DNA of 64,000 nt from a virus: positions 6,114-70,113 of the IMG/VR virus record IMGVR_UViG_3300044655_001189; one strand, written 5' to 3'. The position numbers and the translations under genes are program-made. Shown piece by piece: positions 1 through 8,620 of the stretch. Numbering within the stretch: the stretch's first letter is position 1; each line of letters starts with the position of its first letter. The notes below the pieces were generated by a model, which made no database searches, was not told where the DNA came from, and worked only from the letters and a program-made list of their open reading frames with translations.

Positions 1-667
1 ATGGGTAGGCGTCCATCTGGAATAAAAGATATGCATCTTGAGTACCAATGCCCTCACGATACCACCATTGTTGCATATCGTAATCCATCAGGTCAATGTA
101 CTTATCCAGTTGCTCGTAGTTGAATCCAACACCGGGCTTGTCAAGATGAATCTTTTTGAGATCAACGTGATAATTGTACCCATCAGTTGCATCAATCAAT
201 CCTTTCATCTTAACTCCAAGGTGTAGCTTCTCGAAGGCCAGCTCACGATAAGTATCGTTAAGTAGTAGAGCTATGTCAGGTGTATTAGCCAGCCTATCAA
301 GCATGTTCTGATACATCGTATGTTGCTGTATGCTTACGATAGTTTGTTTCTTAGCTCTAGCTTCTTCCTCTACTTTTTCAAGGAACTCTTTGTACTTATT
401 TGTAGAGCGTGGCTTAGCACCACCAATAGCAAACAGCTCCCTTGAATCATCAAGGATAAGGTGTGATGCATTGTATCGTTCTGGCTCAAGTACTGCCATA
501 TGGTACTGTATGCCCTCTTGCATCGAATCAGTTGAGCGATTGTCTTTGTACCCTTGTAGGTGCATAGATAGTAGTTCAACGTTGCGATACCCTTCTTTCA
601 ATAAGCTAGAAGATAGATGGCCTGTGTTACTGTAATAAGCTTCTGGTGTGGTGTGCAGTAAGTTCAT
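1..667 (-). CDS. RecE/exonuclease VIII-like PD-(D/E)XK nuclease (DUF3799-like), truncated by the window edge
   Basis: Not in the ORF track; translated manually from ATG at 667: MNLLHTTPEAYYSNTGHLSSSLLK...MQEGIQYHMAVLEPE...RELAF...KMKGLIDA...HVDLKK...YDMQQWWY. It has the SxSxLK, GxxxHxxxLEP, KGxID, DLK and YxxQ motifs. Confidence 0.8.
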   Translation of the reverse strand, partial: MNLLHTTPEAYYSNTGHLSSSLLKEGYRNVELLSMHLQGYKDNRSTDSMQEGIQYHMAVLEPERYNASHLILDDSRELFAIGGAKPRSTNKYKEFLEKVEEEARAKKQTIVSIQQHTMYQNMLDRLANTPDIALLLNDTYRELAFEKLHLGVKMKGLIDATDGYNYHVDLKKIHLDKPGVGFNYEQLDKYIDLMDYDMQQWWYREGIGTQDAYLLFQMDAYP

Positions 668-729
668 TGCAAAAGGTAGCATCGCTAATCCTTTTTCATT
701 TCTACGGAGTGGATTGTTTATCTGTGGCA

Positions 730-1239
730 TTATGTGTTCATGGTTGTCCGAGCATAAGCAGCAAGCAATAGCGCATCAACCACACCTGTATGTGGTTTAG
801 TTGCTCTTGCTGTAGCTGTTGGGTCGGTGAGTTTAACATTAGGAAACATATTCAGTACAGCAGCATGAGCCATTGCTTTAGTATCTCTGCTACCATCAGC
901 ATTTCTGATGTCTTTGATACCAGAGAACGCCCACTTCTGCCACTCCTTCGGAGGTACTGGCTTAAATGGGATGCTACACATTACTAAGCCCATGCGTAGT
1001 AGACCAAGCGTTTCACCAAATTCAAATTGAGTTTGGCTTGCTACCTTCTGACCTCTGATAGCAGTCACCCCTTCTAGTACACAAAAGGAATTAATAGTGA
1101 TGCTCTTAAAGATTTCAGCAAGTGCAGATACGTTGATGTCTAATCCTACCTTGGGGTATGTGCGTACTTCAATAAGCCCACTCTCCCATATTATGGCAAT
1201 GGCGCCTGCCTTGCCGGGGTCAATGCCTACATAGTTCAT
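730..1239 (-). CDS. RuvC-like Holliday junction resolvase
   Basis: VGIDPGKAGAIA N-terminus, central LE, FEFG, PPKEWQK and C-terminal DALLLA. Confidence 0.85.
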   Translation of the reverse strand: MNYVGIDPGKAGAIAIIWESGLIEVRTYPKVGLDINVSALAEIFKSITINSFCVLEGVTAIRGQKVASQTQFEFGETLGLLRMGLVMCSIPFKPVPPKEWQKWAFSGIKDIRNADGSRDTKAMAHAAVLNMFPNVKLTDPTATARATKPHTGVVDALLLAAYARTTMNT

Positions 1240-1535
1240 ATCGTTTCAGGATTTAGTTTATACTGTTCAAGAATTTCCATCGTGTAGTCGTACTGTCGTA
1301 CAGCAGTGTCCTCTGTATTTGGTGCAGAGTTGATATGGATATTCATGTGATTATCATAATACGTTGCCACTATGTGGTATCTTCTATCAAAATATAATAG
1401 GACACAATGGTGGACAGCTTCTTCTTTATATAGCAGGGATAGTTTTGCTTGTATCTCTGGATAGTTAGTAAAGAAAGCGATTACTGTAGGGTCATCTTCT
1501 AATTGAATATCAAGTAGCTTGTCGATGATTTTCAT
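1236..1535 (-). CDS. hypothetical protein
   Basis: 99-aa ORF overlapping both neighbours in the operon. Confidence 0.6.
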   Translation of the reverse strand: MKIIDKLLDIQLEDDPTVIAFFTNYPEIQAKLSLLYKEEAVHHCVLLYFDRRYHIVATYYDNHMNIHINSAPNTEDTAVRQYDYTMEILEQYKLNPETI

Positions 1536-1941
1536 CTGGCGGTGTTATACCTAGAGCACCCCAATACAGGTCACAATTGGCAATGAATGTTTTGAACTCT
1601 TCCTTAGTCATTGCACTCACATGGAGTTCTTCAAATATCACAGCTTCTTTGCCGTCAATTTCAATGTACCTAAAGGTGCCGTTGTTTGCATCTTTCTTAC
1701 ACATCACATCAACTTCACCCATGCTTAAGGTTTTACCATTAAGCTGACGATACTGGACGATGATGTTCGGAATGTAGATGCCACGATAGTAGCGCATTGA
1801 TCCTTCGGATATGCGCTCAGGTAACGGACGTATTCTGATTTCAATTCTTTTACTTGAGGCCATTACAGCCTTTGCGTATTTATCTAATGGTATCGTAATC
1901 GAATTACCATCTACGCTGCTGCATAGAAAATAACTTTCCAT
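1510..1941 (-). CDS. NinB/Orf-like recombination mediator
   Basis: RISEGSMRYYRG and SAMTKEEFKTFI...LGITPP resemble NinB-family motifs; recombination gene context. Confidence 0.55.
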   Translation of the reverse strand: MESYFLCSSVDGNSITIPLDKYAKAVMASSKRIEIRIRPLPERISEGSMRYYRGIYIPNIIVQYRQLNGKTLSMGEVDVMCKKDANNGTFRYIEIDGKEAVIFEELHVSAMTKEEFKTFIANCDLYWGALGITPPDENHRQAT

Positions 1942-1951
1942 GATAAAGGTT

Positions 1952-1984
1952 AGCCCACCTATACCAATGCGATACAGGTGGGCT
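1952..1984. other. intergenic hairpin (terminator or processing site)
   Basis: AGCCCACCT...AGGTGGGCT inverted repeat downstream of the SSB gene; weak U-tract on the minus strand. Confidence 0.5.
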
Positions 1985-1992
1985 TACTTTAT

Positions 1993-2637
1993 TTAGAATG
2001 GCAAGTCATCATCCTCTAGGTCACCACCTGCCTGTGGTGTGGGGTATGCTGCATTAGCAGCAGGTATTCCACTCGGAGCTGGACTACTAGGTATGGCACT
2101 TGCACTGGCAGCACCTGGGTGTGACTTATCCCATCCATTCTGCATGGAAATCAACTTATTCCATTCAGCTTGGTCAAGCTTCTTGGTTAAGTAGTCCTCG
2201 TTTACATAGTCTTCAAACGGTTTGGTTGGTGGATTGGTGAAGCGTAAGATAATCTTAGTTGAGATACTAGGACGTTGGTCATCCTTAGATTTGATGTACT
2301 GTTCGCTTTGGAACGCACAGTTAATCTTTTTGCCAATTGCATTCTCAATCAGCTTATCTTCGGGCAAAGACATATTAACTTGAGCATGCGTAAGCAGCTC
2401 TTTAATCTTGCCAAGTTTCCACTTGTCTTTGGCTTCGTCCTTACCATTAGGCAACCAGTATGTGCCCTCGCACTCAAATCCACCTGCACTAATCAATATA
2501 ACCTCAAGGTACTTCGTACCTCCTCTGGTTTCCTTATCGGTAATTGTTTTGATGGTGCATAGATCCTTAAATGGTCTGGTAGGAAAACCACTGCTTGTTG
2601 GAATTTCTGCTGTCTTAATGCCTGATAAAATACTCAT
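1993..2637 (-). CDS. phage single-stranded DNA-binding protein (DUF669-like)
   Basis: Pro/Ala linker and acidic C-terminal tip EDDDLPF; directly downstream of the Sak4-like ATPase. Confidence 0.75.
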   Translation of the reverse strand: MSILSGIKTAEIPTSSGFPTRPFKDLCTIKTITDKETRGGTKYLEVILISAGGFECEGTYWLPNGKDEAKDKWKLGKIKELLTHAQVNMSLPEDKLIENAIGKKINCAFQSEQYIKSKDDQRPSISTKIILRFTNPPTKPFEDYVNEDYLTKKLDQAEWNKLISMQNGWDKSHPGAASASAIPSSPAPSGIPAANAAYPTPQAGGDLEDDDLPF

Positions 2638-2674
2638 GATGATTGATATTAAAAATGAAAGATTGAATTACAAA

Positions 2675-3373
2675 TTACTGTGCTACTGGTGCTACGGATT
2701 CCGCTGCATCATAAGCTTCAATGGCTTGGAGTACTGCTTCCAAATCATTAGGGATATACATATGTTCAAACATTCCCATTGGAGTCTTGGCTTCGCGAAG
2801 ATTATCCTGTTGTGTTTGGAATACAAACCTATCCTCTACATTCTCCTTGTCTGCAAGGATAGTAGTTTGCAGTACGATACGCACGTAGCTTACTGGATCA
2901 AGGTGGTCAGCCAATAGTTTGCCAAAGATTTTGAACTTGCTATATCCTGACTCATTGATGTCCGTGTGATGTAAGATTACAATCTTCACATCAGTAGGTA
3001 GCATCGCTGCCTTGAGGAAGATACTCTGCATCACATCACGAGCAAAGAATTTCCAACGCTCGAACACTGCATTGCCTGAGCTTTGCGCCATAAATCCATC
3101 GGATAAGATACGGCCAATAAAGAAGTGACTGAAATCTTCAATCACAAATAGCTTCACTCCCTTAGCGGTAAGTGAGTCAAGCTTGACAGGAATCATATTG
3201 ATTTCATCAATTAGAATCTTTGTCTTGCCCCACTTAGCATCACCACCACGGAAAGGTAGTGGCTTGGTGTTGGGCGTAAGTATCACAGCTTTACGCTCTA
3301 TCGGATTGATGTTGCGTAATGATGTGGTTTTGCCTGTGCCCGAAGGGCCTTCAATAATTATGACCTCTGCCAT
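2675..3373 (-). CDS. Sak4-like AAA_24 ATPase / single-strand annealing protein
   Basis: Walker A GPSGTGKTTS, Walker B FVIED, and C-terminal AKTPMGMF...IPNDL. Confidence 0.85.
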   Translation of the reverse strand: MAEVIIIEGPSGTGKTTSLRNINPIERKAVILTPNTKPLPFRGGDAKWGKTKILIDEINMIPVKLDSLTAKGVKLFVIEDFSHFFIGRILSDGFMAQSSGNAVFERWKFFARDVMQSIFLKAAMLPTDVKIVILHHTDINESGYSKFKIFGKLLADHLDPVSYVRIVLQTTILADKENVEDRFVFQTQQDNLREAKTPMGMFEHMYIPNDLEAVLQAIEAYDAAESVAPVAQ

Positions 3374-3612
3374 CCATTTTGTTTTTTAAATTCTCTGAGT
3401 TTTTTCATACTTGCATGCAAGGTACTCTTGCGTTTGAAAACAAACGATACAAGTGAACTGACTTTGAAGCGGACATTTTGCTCCAATAGTCTTAACATTA
3501 CTGTGCTCATAGCTTTCAAGATAACTCTTACTGTACGCTCAGGGATTTTCCGCTTCGCCATATCAGCAATAGTATTTGTAAGCTCTTCGCCTTGCTTGGT
3601 TGACCTATACAT
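3358..3612 (-). CDS. HU/IHF-like DNA-binding protein (divergent)
   Basis: Small basic protein with a helix-helix-beta pattern (ELTNTIAD...TVRVILKAM...LLEQNVRFKVSSLVSF). Confidence 0.5.
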   Translation of the reverse strand: MYRSTKQGEELTNTIADMAKRKIPERTVRVILKAMSTVMLRLLEQNVRFKVSSLVSFVFKRKSTLHASMKKLREFKKQNGWQRS

Positions 3613-4858
3613 AGCTCAAGATTTGAGTGTACTTACCATTCCAAAAGCAATCAACACTTCCTGCACCAGTACTCCTACCCTTGCCAATGATTACCTCAAG
3701 CTCTTGGATGTCTGAATTGCTTAATGATTCAGCACCAAAGTAAGCTGGCCTGTATGGAAACAATACATAGTCTGCAGCTTGCTCTATTTCACCTGATTCA
3801 CGCAAGTCACTAAGCTTGGGCTTGGTATTAGCACGCTTGGTATTCTCTCTGCTCAACTGACTAAGCGCAAAGACAATCGTATGCGTTTCCATTGCCACAT
3901 CCTTAAGCTGTCGTGCTATGGTAGCAATCTCCTGTTCCCTAGACTTTACACCCACTACAGTTACAAGCTGTAAATAGTCGACTACAAACGCTTTGTACCC
4001 TAAAGCGGCCTTAGCCCTTATCCCATTACAGATGTCCAGTAAGGTGCGAGCTTTGGCATTGACAAACCAACGGTGATTGGCTAGTCGGGAACGTAAAGCA
4101 TCTATGTCAGCTTTCTGCTGCAAAGTAAGACTGCCTTGCTTGATTGCATCGTTAGGTATCGAAAGCAAAGAACAACACCAACGCTGGACTAACTGAGTGT
4201 CTGGCATTTCTAACGAATAGAAACCCATAGGCTCGTCATGCAATACATTCTGAATCATTATGTGTAATGCTACAGAAGTCTTGCACATACCTGCGTTACC
4301 TGCTATGATAACCATATCCCCTGGCTCAAAGAAACCAATGAAATTATCAAGCGGTGCTATGCGTGATTTCAAACCTACTGATTGACGGTCAGGTGATAGC
4401 ATATCATCGAAAATGCTATCAGTATCTCTGACACGGTCACCCAATTGAGGTAGTACCAAATTCATACGGGCTGCATCAGCATCAACATAAATGTTGCTAC
4501 CGTTGTTAGCTGCGTAAGTAAGTTGATACCCTACTTGCATACAGATGTCCTTGGCTTTAAGTTCAAACAAGTCACGTAGGAGTAGCTGAACTACAGCATC
4601 ACGAAACACAACTGCAGGACTGAACAAGGCAACTAGCGAAGCTTGGCCAGAATAAAAGCTGGTATCGATCCCACGTAGCGAAGCTTGCAAAGTTTCTATC
4701 GCAACGGACTGCGGTGGAATACGAAGCAAAGCATCGGCTATAAAGTCACGTCCTTGCGTAAACATGTCCGAAGTCAATTGTGAGCTGTAAGCAGCCATTC
4801 TTAATGGCTCTTGGCACAGTAATGCGAGAACCTGATTTTCTATTTCTGCTCTCGTCAT
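3605..4858 (-). CDS. dnaB: DnaB-like replicative helicase
   Basis: IIAGNAGMCKTS (Walker A), FYSLEM, VVDYLQL, ALSQLSR, PKLSDLRESGEIEQAAD, IIGKGR. Confidence 0.95.
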   Translation of the reverse strand: MTRAEIENQVLALLCQEPLRMAAYSSQLTSDMFTQGRDFIADALLRIPPQSVAIETLQASLRGIDTSFYSGQASLVALFSPAVVFRDAVVQLLLRDLFELKAKDICMQVGYQLTYAANNGSNIYVDADAARMNLVLPQLGDRVRDTDSIFDDMLSPDRQSVGLKSRIAPLDNFIGFFEPGDMVIIAGNAGMCKTSVALHIMIQNVLHDEPMGFYSLEMPDTQLVQRWCCSLLSIPNDAIKQGSLTLQQKADIDALRSRLANHRWFVNAKARTLLDICNGIRAKAALGYKAFVVDYLQLVTVVGVKSREQEIATIARQLKDVAMETHTIVFALSQLSRENTKRANTKPKLSDLRESGEIEQAADYVLFPYRPAYFGAESLSNSDIQELEVIIGKGRSTGAGSVDCFWNGKYTQILSYV

Positions 4859-5250
4859 AAGTTTTCTTTAATTATGGTTTGTAAAGTAATTAACTGTGAA
4901 GGTGAAAGGTTTAGGCGTTTATCCAGTATCACTGCTTTAAGCAATGCCATGTTACGTTCCGTAGGGCCATTCATTTCTTTCATTACTGAATTGGCAACTG
5001 TTATTGCCAATGGTGTGCTTTGATTACTCGAATGCATTGAAAGGTAACCTAACGCTTTGGTGCGACCTAAATTCAATGGCTCGTGCAATGAGCGTAACGG
5101 GTATTTGAACCACTTAGCATTGATGATGATAGTGGCTTCCTTTACGATACTGCCTAAGTAGCTGCGATTGGACAGTAGGGTATCGTATGTGATTCCTACA
5201 TGGTTGCAACAGGCTGTGATGGTATCGGAAATGGTTTCATTAAACGTCAT
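4855..5250 (-). CDS. hypothetical protein, possible DnaA C-terminal-like HTH
   Basis: ITACCNHVGITYDTLLSNR...YPLRSLHEPLNLGR loosely resembles DnaA domain IV; coupled to dnaB. Confidence 0.4.
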   Translation of the reverse strand: MTFNETISDTITACCNHVGITYDTLLSNRSYLGSIVKEATIIINAKWFKYPLRSLHEPLNLGRTKALGYLSMHSSNQSTPLAITVANSVMKEMNGPTERNMALLKAVILDKRLNLSPSQLITLQTIIKENL

Positions 5251-5608
5251 TTACGTTAGTGAAGCCAATAGCAGAACTGCCGTCAGTCAGAATCTCTGGA
5301 CGTACTACGCGGCCATTGGGCGTGACTACTTTGGTTTGAGTTACCAAGTAAAGTTTATTGTGTAGAATAATCGGTTTAACCGATTTTCTTCCCGTTTTAG
5401 GAAAGTCCACATCAATGCGAGCAATCTGCCCGTTTGGTTTAGACTTTATTGGTAACTGTAGTGCTCTAGCAATCTCTTTGATTTTGGCAAAGATTCGACC
5501 TGCTTTAGCTGGGTCTGGTTGCTCTGCAATTTTGGGTGCAGCACCATTGAGTTGACCCTTTAACTTGAGTAGGTCGGTATTGTTGGCAAGTGGTTTGTAG
5601 GTACGCAT
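5240..5608 (-). CDS. hypothetical basic protein
   Basis: ORF track. Start reassigned to ATG 5608 (MRTYKP), which directly follows a TCACTATC box. Confidence 0.6.
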   Translation of the reverse strand: MRTYKPLANNTDLLKLKGQLNGAAPKIAEQPDPAKAGRIFAKIKEIARALQLPIKSKPNGQIARIDVDFPKTGRKSVKPIILHNKLYLVTQTKVVTPNGRVVRPEILTDGSSAIGFTNVNDV

Positions 5609-5654
5609 GATAGTGATTATGTGGTTGTGGCAAAATTGCCGATGCAAATAAAGT

Positions 5655-5679
5655 AAAAGCTAAGGGATTCTCCGCTCAG
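5655..5679 (-). terminator. intrinsic terminator with GGA-GAA-TCC apex
   Basis: Minus strand CTGAGC-GGAGAATCC-CTTAG-CTTTT. Confidence 0.5.
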
Positions 5680-5703
5680 TATTTACCTGTGGTAAAAAAC
5701 AGA

Positions 5704-6411
5704 TTAGTTTTCGAAAGGGTGAACTACCTCTAAAGATGGTTTAACAGCAGTTACCTCGAACTTGCATGGTAAGTCATGCTTGTTGATGATTTGCTTGTCA
5801 GCGCGTCTGAAAGTCACAGTTTTACCGTAAAACAGAATGTCAATCTGCGCTTCTCCGTTTTTGTAGAACTCTGTTAGTGCATCGTACTGGTCTTGAGTTA
5901 CCATGTAGGTACGATTTGACAATAGCACAGAAGTGCAAGGTGTACCCACTTCTGGGTAACCTTTTGGGTTACGCTTGAATGCAGCAGCACCTTTAGGAAA
6001 TAGCATTTGAAGCATTGGTTTGCCAATGATGCCTTGTTTGTTCCAAGGTTGATTAAGCATAGCAACGATTTTGTTTACAAAGAAGTCACGTGCTTCTGGG
6101 TGCTGCAACAAGTCAGCAGGGTATTCTTTTACACCTGCAAGGTGGCACAATGCACGTAAGCGATTTTCGTTACCAGCAGTAAGTACGTAGTTTTCGTAAT
6201 TAGCATCAGCACGTGAAGAGTCGCGTTGTTTGAAGAATATACGTACCATAGGCAGTACACCTGTAGAGCCATCTTGGAATGTGTGGTTCTTCATTTCAAA
6301 GGTTACTAATAATGGCATAACCACGTACTCGTATTTTACACGAGCCTTGAAGTCTTGGTTAGACTTTGAATTAGAAACAGCAACAACTTGGGCAACAGAC
6401 GAATTGTTCAT
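5704..6411 (-). CDS. hypothetical protein
   Basis: 235-aa ORF with an A-rich leader. Confidence 0.75.
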   Translation of the reverse strand: MNNSSVAQVVAVSNSKSNQDFKARVKYEYVVMPLLVTFEMKNHTFQDGSTGVLPMVRIFFKQRDSSRADANYENYVLTAGNENRLRALCHLAGVKEYPADLLQHPEARDFFVNKIVAMLNQPWNKQGIIGKPMLQMLFPKGAAAFKRNPKGYPEVGTPCTSVLLSNRTYMVTQDQYDALTEFYKNGEAQIDILFYGKTVTFRRADKQIINKHDLPCKFEVTAVKPSLEVVHPFEN

Positions 6412-6449
6412 TTTGAATTGTTTTTATTGGCAGAATTGCCGGGTTAATT

Positions 6450-6475
6450 AAAAACCTATGGATTCTCCGATAGGG
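6450..6475 (-). terminator. intrinsic terminator with GGA-GAA-TCC apex
   Basis: Minus strand CCTATC-GGAGAATCC-ATAGG-TTTTT. Confidence 0.65.
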
Positions 6476-6495
6476 TAAGCGTAGTCGTATTAGAA

Positions 6496-6687
6496 TTACT
6501 GCATTGAAGCAATAAGCGCAATGTTTTTTTCACGTTGGAATGATGCGTCAACGTAATTAGGCTCGGTAGGCAGTGATATATCGTCCTCGGTTTCGTCAAA
6601 GATGGCAATAGCATCTTTGAGTGTAGAAGCTTCGATGTGAACAGTACCGTACACTTCCCATGTTACAGGGATTTTGAAAGTAGCCAT
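6496..6687 (-). CDS. small acidic phage protein (DpnD/PcfM-like pattern)
   Basis: FKIPVTWEVYGTVHIEASTLKDAIAIF pattern, common in small phage early proteins. Confidence 0.6.
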   Translation of the reverse strand: MATFKIPVTWEVYGTVHIEASTLKDAIAIFDETEDDISLPTEPNYVDASFQREKNIALIASMQ

Positions 6688-6692
6688 GATAA

Positions 6693-6881
6693 TTAGTCGT
6701 TAATGAAGCTTGCACCGTAAAAAAACAAGTTGATGTTTAGTACACCGTGTTCACATTCAATAGCAAATAATGCTCTATTGGAATCTCCATAAGAAAAGCT
6801 AATGAATGATAAGCCAAAGCGTTTGTCTGAAGGGTAAACGTAAAGCTGTAGTAGATTGAATTGGAAATCGCGTTCTTCCAT
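6693..6881 (-). CDS. hypothetical protein
   Basis: Start reassigned to ATG 6881 (MEERDF), downstream of the terminator. Confidence 0.55.
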   Translation of the reverse strand: MEERDFQFNLLQLYVYPSDKRFGLSFISFSYGDSNRALFAIECEHGVLNINLFFYGASFIND

Positions 6882-6909
6882 GATGGCGAGAATATAAGTG
6901 ATAGTGAAT

Positions 6910-6943
6910 AAAAAACCCATGCACAGATTCTCCATGCATGGGT
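6910..6943 (-). terminator. intrinsic terminator with GGA-GAA-TCT apex
   Basis: Minus strand ACCCATGCAT-GGAGAATCT-GTGCATGGGT-TTTTT. Confidence 0.75.
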
Positions 6944-6951
6944 GTAATGGC

Positions 6952-7380
6952 CTAAAGAAGGATTTTAAGCGTTTCTTCTACTCTAGGTAGCACATCAGCA
7001 CCTTTGACGTTGGATAGGTCAACGTAGAAGTCGGCTATGGGCTTAGGCAAGCCAACAGTTTTATCTTCGGAGCGAGGAAACGCTAATATGCGTCCTGTGT
7101 CGAAGTTAGCTGCGTAAAGGATATGTATTCCTGGGGCGGCTAATGTGTTAATGACTAAGCTCTCTGGACGTTGTGGACAAGCATCGCTTTCTTGGTCAAC
7201 AAGTAAGCTAAACACTCGTAGATGAAAGTTAGCAGGTTTTTCTTTGTGCCTACGCAAGTTGCGCTCGGCTTCTTTACGATTGTAAGTGGGCGAAAGCGGT
7301 TTGACGTTAGCAATAAGATTAAAAGCATCAGCTGGTTCGATGATGCGCAATGCAGCAGGTACTAGGGCTTTTGTGGCCAT
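6952..7380 (-). CDS. hypothetical protein
   Basis: ORF track; likely start at ATG 7380 (MATKAL). Confidence 0.65.
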   Translation of the reverse strand: MATKALVPAALRIIEPADAFNLIANVKPLSPTYNRKEAERNLRRHKEKPANFHLRVFSLLVDQESDACPQRPESLVINTLAAPGIHILYAANFDTGRILAFPRSEDKTVGLPKPIADFYVDLSNVKGADVLPRVEETLKILL

Positions 7381-7469
7381 TGTAATAGGTATTTTGTACT
7401 GTCGTGGCAAAATTGCCAATGGTTCACGGTTGGGGTCAACGCACTATACCGTGTAATTGCGTAAATAGA

Positions 7470-7625
7470 TTAGCCTTTCAGCCATTTCTTGAGGTTGTGC
7501 TGTACAATCAGTACGTGACCTAAGTCGCTGCGTTTTCGCTTTGGCTGCTTGAGTAGATACTGAATTTCAGCATTTACAGAAGCTAACCGTTTTTCCAGTA
7601 GCATTGTTTCGCGTGGATTGGGCAT
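7470..7625 (-). CDS. small hypothetical protein (51 aa)
   Basis: Manual translation MPNPRETMLLEKRLASVNAEIQYLLKQPKRKRSDLGHVLIVQHNLKKWLKG; fills an operon gap. Confidence 0.55.
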   Translation of the reverse strand: MPNPRETMLLEKRLASVNAEIQYLLKQPKRKRSDLGHVLIVQHNLKKWLKG

Positions 7626-7652
7626 GGCTTGGTGAATTTGGGTTAAAAATAA

Positions 7653-7907
7653 TTACAGAACGTCAAAGTCCATGTTAGGGTCACTAACGCAGTCGAAGCA
7701 ATACACATCATTGTGGGGAATACTGCATCCACAGTCGGTGCATTCGCTTTTGGTGTTAGGACACCCTTTCTCGTGGAGAGGTGTGCCGTTAACGACCATT
7801 GCAACACATTGGCTGCATTGGACGGTAATGAAAGCGCCATCATGCTTGGATTTGTCGAAGCCTAAATCAATAAGTTGTTCAACGTGCATAGCTAAACCTA
7901 ATTTCAT
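7653..7907 (-). CDS. small Cys-rich zinc-binding protein
   Basis: CSQC...HEKGC...CTDC...CFDC. Confidence 0.65.
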   Translation of the reverse strand: MKLGLAMHVEQLIDLGFDKSKHDGAFITVQCSQCVAMVVNGTPLHEKGCPNTKSECTDCGCSIPHNDVYCFDCVSDPNMDFDVL

Positions 7908-8068
7908 GGCTTTACGAATAGAGGACGTTCGTGACTATCCTCGCATACTTGGCGGCACCATGCAAGTGCTTGGCCTGTTGGGAAGTGTTGTTTCCAGATG
8001 GCTTGAGCAAGTGCCATACGGTATTTGCGCCCGTACCAACGCTTTCTTAGATTGAGTGAATTATTCAT
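7904..8068 (-). CDS. small hypothetical protein (54 aa)
   Basis: Manual translation MNNSLNLRKRWYGRKYRMALAQAIWKQHFPTGQALAWCRQVCEDSHERPLFVKP; ATGA overlap with the next gene. Confidence 0.6.
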   Translation of the reverse strand: MNNSLNLRKRWYGRKYRMALAQAIWKQHFPTGQALAWCRQVCEDSHERPLFVKP

Positions 8069-8144
8069 TACTTAACCCGATTCGCTTTTGCTGTTTTCTT
8101 GGCTGTACACGGGTAATACAGTTGCGGTGAATGATAGTGATTGG

Positions 8145-8618
8145 TTAAATGAATTTGACTAAGGCGATACTGGATATGCTAGTAGGGTCGTAGTCGTAAG
8201 CGAGTGACATTAAAGTGTGCAGGGTAATACCACTGGTGGTGGCATCATCTACAAACAGAATGTGTTTATGTGCAAGTCGTTCTGGTTTGGCAAAGCGAAT
8301 TGTGCGCATAATAGATCTGGGCGTCCTTCTACCACCTAAACAGAAGCTTGCTGCATTACGAGAGCGAACAAGGCAATTTAAGGGCGTGTGACGGCCTTTG
8401 TAACCCATAACCAACGTAGTGATACTGTTGGTGGTGCCGACCTTGTGAGAGGGCACAGGAATGAGTATGGTGGGGTATTCGAGCGTGTCAAAGTACTGGT
8501 ACATTTCAGCACGAAAGAACTCGTAGTCGAACTGAGCACCATCTTTGAAATTCAGAAGCATACGCCTCATGTGGTTAGGCTTGCTGCCGAATGTGGTGTG
8601 TAAGCTGTCTATGTGCAT
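8145..8618 (-). CDS. type I phosphoribosyltransferase-fold protein (ComF-like)
   Basis: LIPVPSH and the PRPP-binding loop ILFVDDATTSGITL. Confidence 0.8.
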   Translation of the reverse strand: MHIDSLHTTFGSKPNHMRRMLLNFKDGAQFDYEFFRAEMYQYFDTLEYPTILIPVPSHKVGTTNSITTLVMGYKGRHTPLNCLVRSRNAASFCLGGRRTPRSIMRTIRFAKPERLAHKHILFVDDATTSGITLHTLMSLAYDYDPTSISSIALVKFI

Positions 8619-8620
8619 GA

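Noticed and set aside
6483-6492. TAATACGACT on the minus strand, the first 10 nt of the T7 promoter
   Set aside because: The rest of the promoter is absent, it is a single copy, and no T7-type polymerase is present; likely chance.
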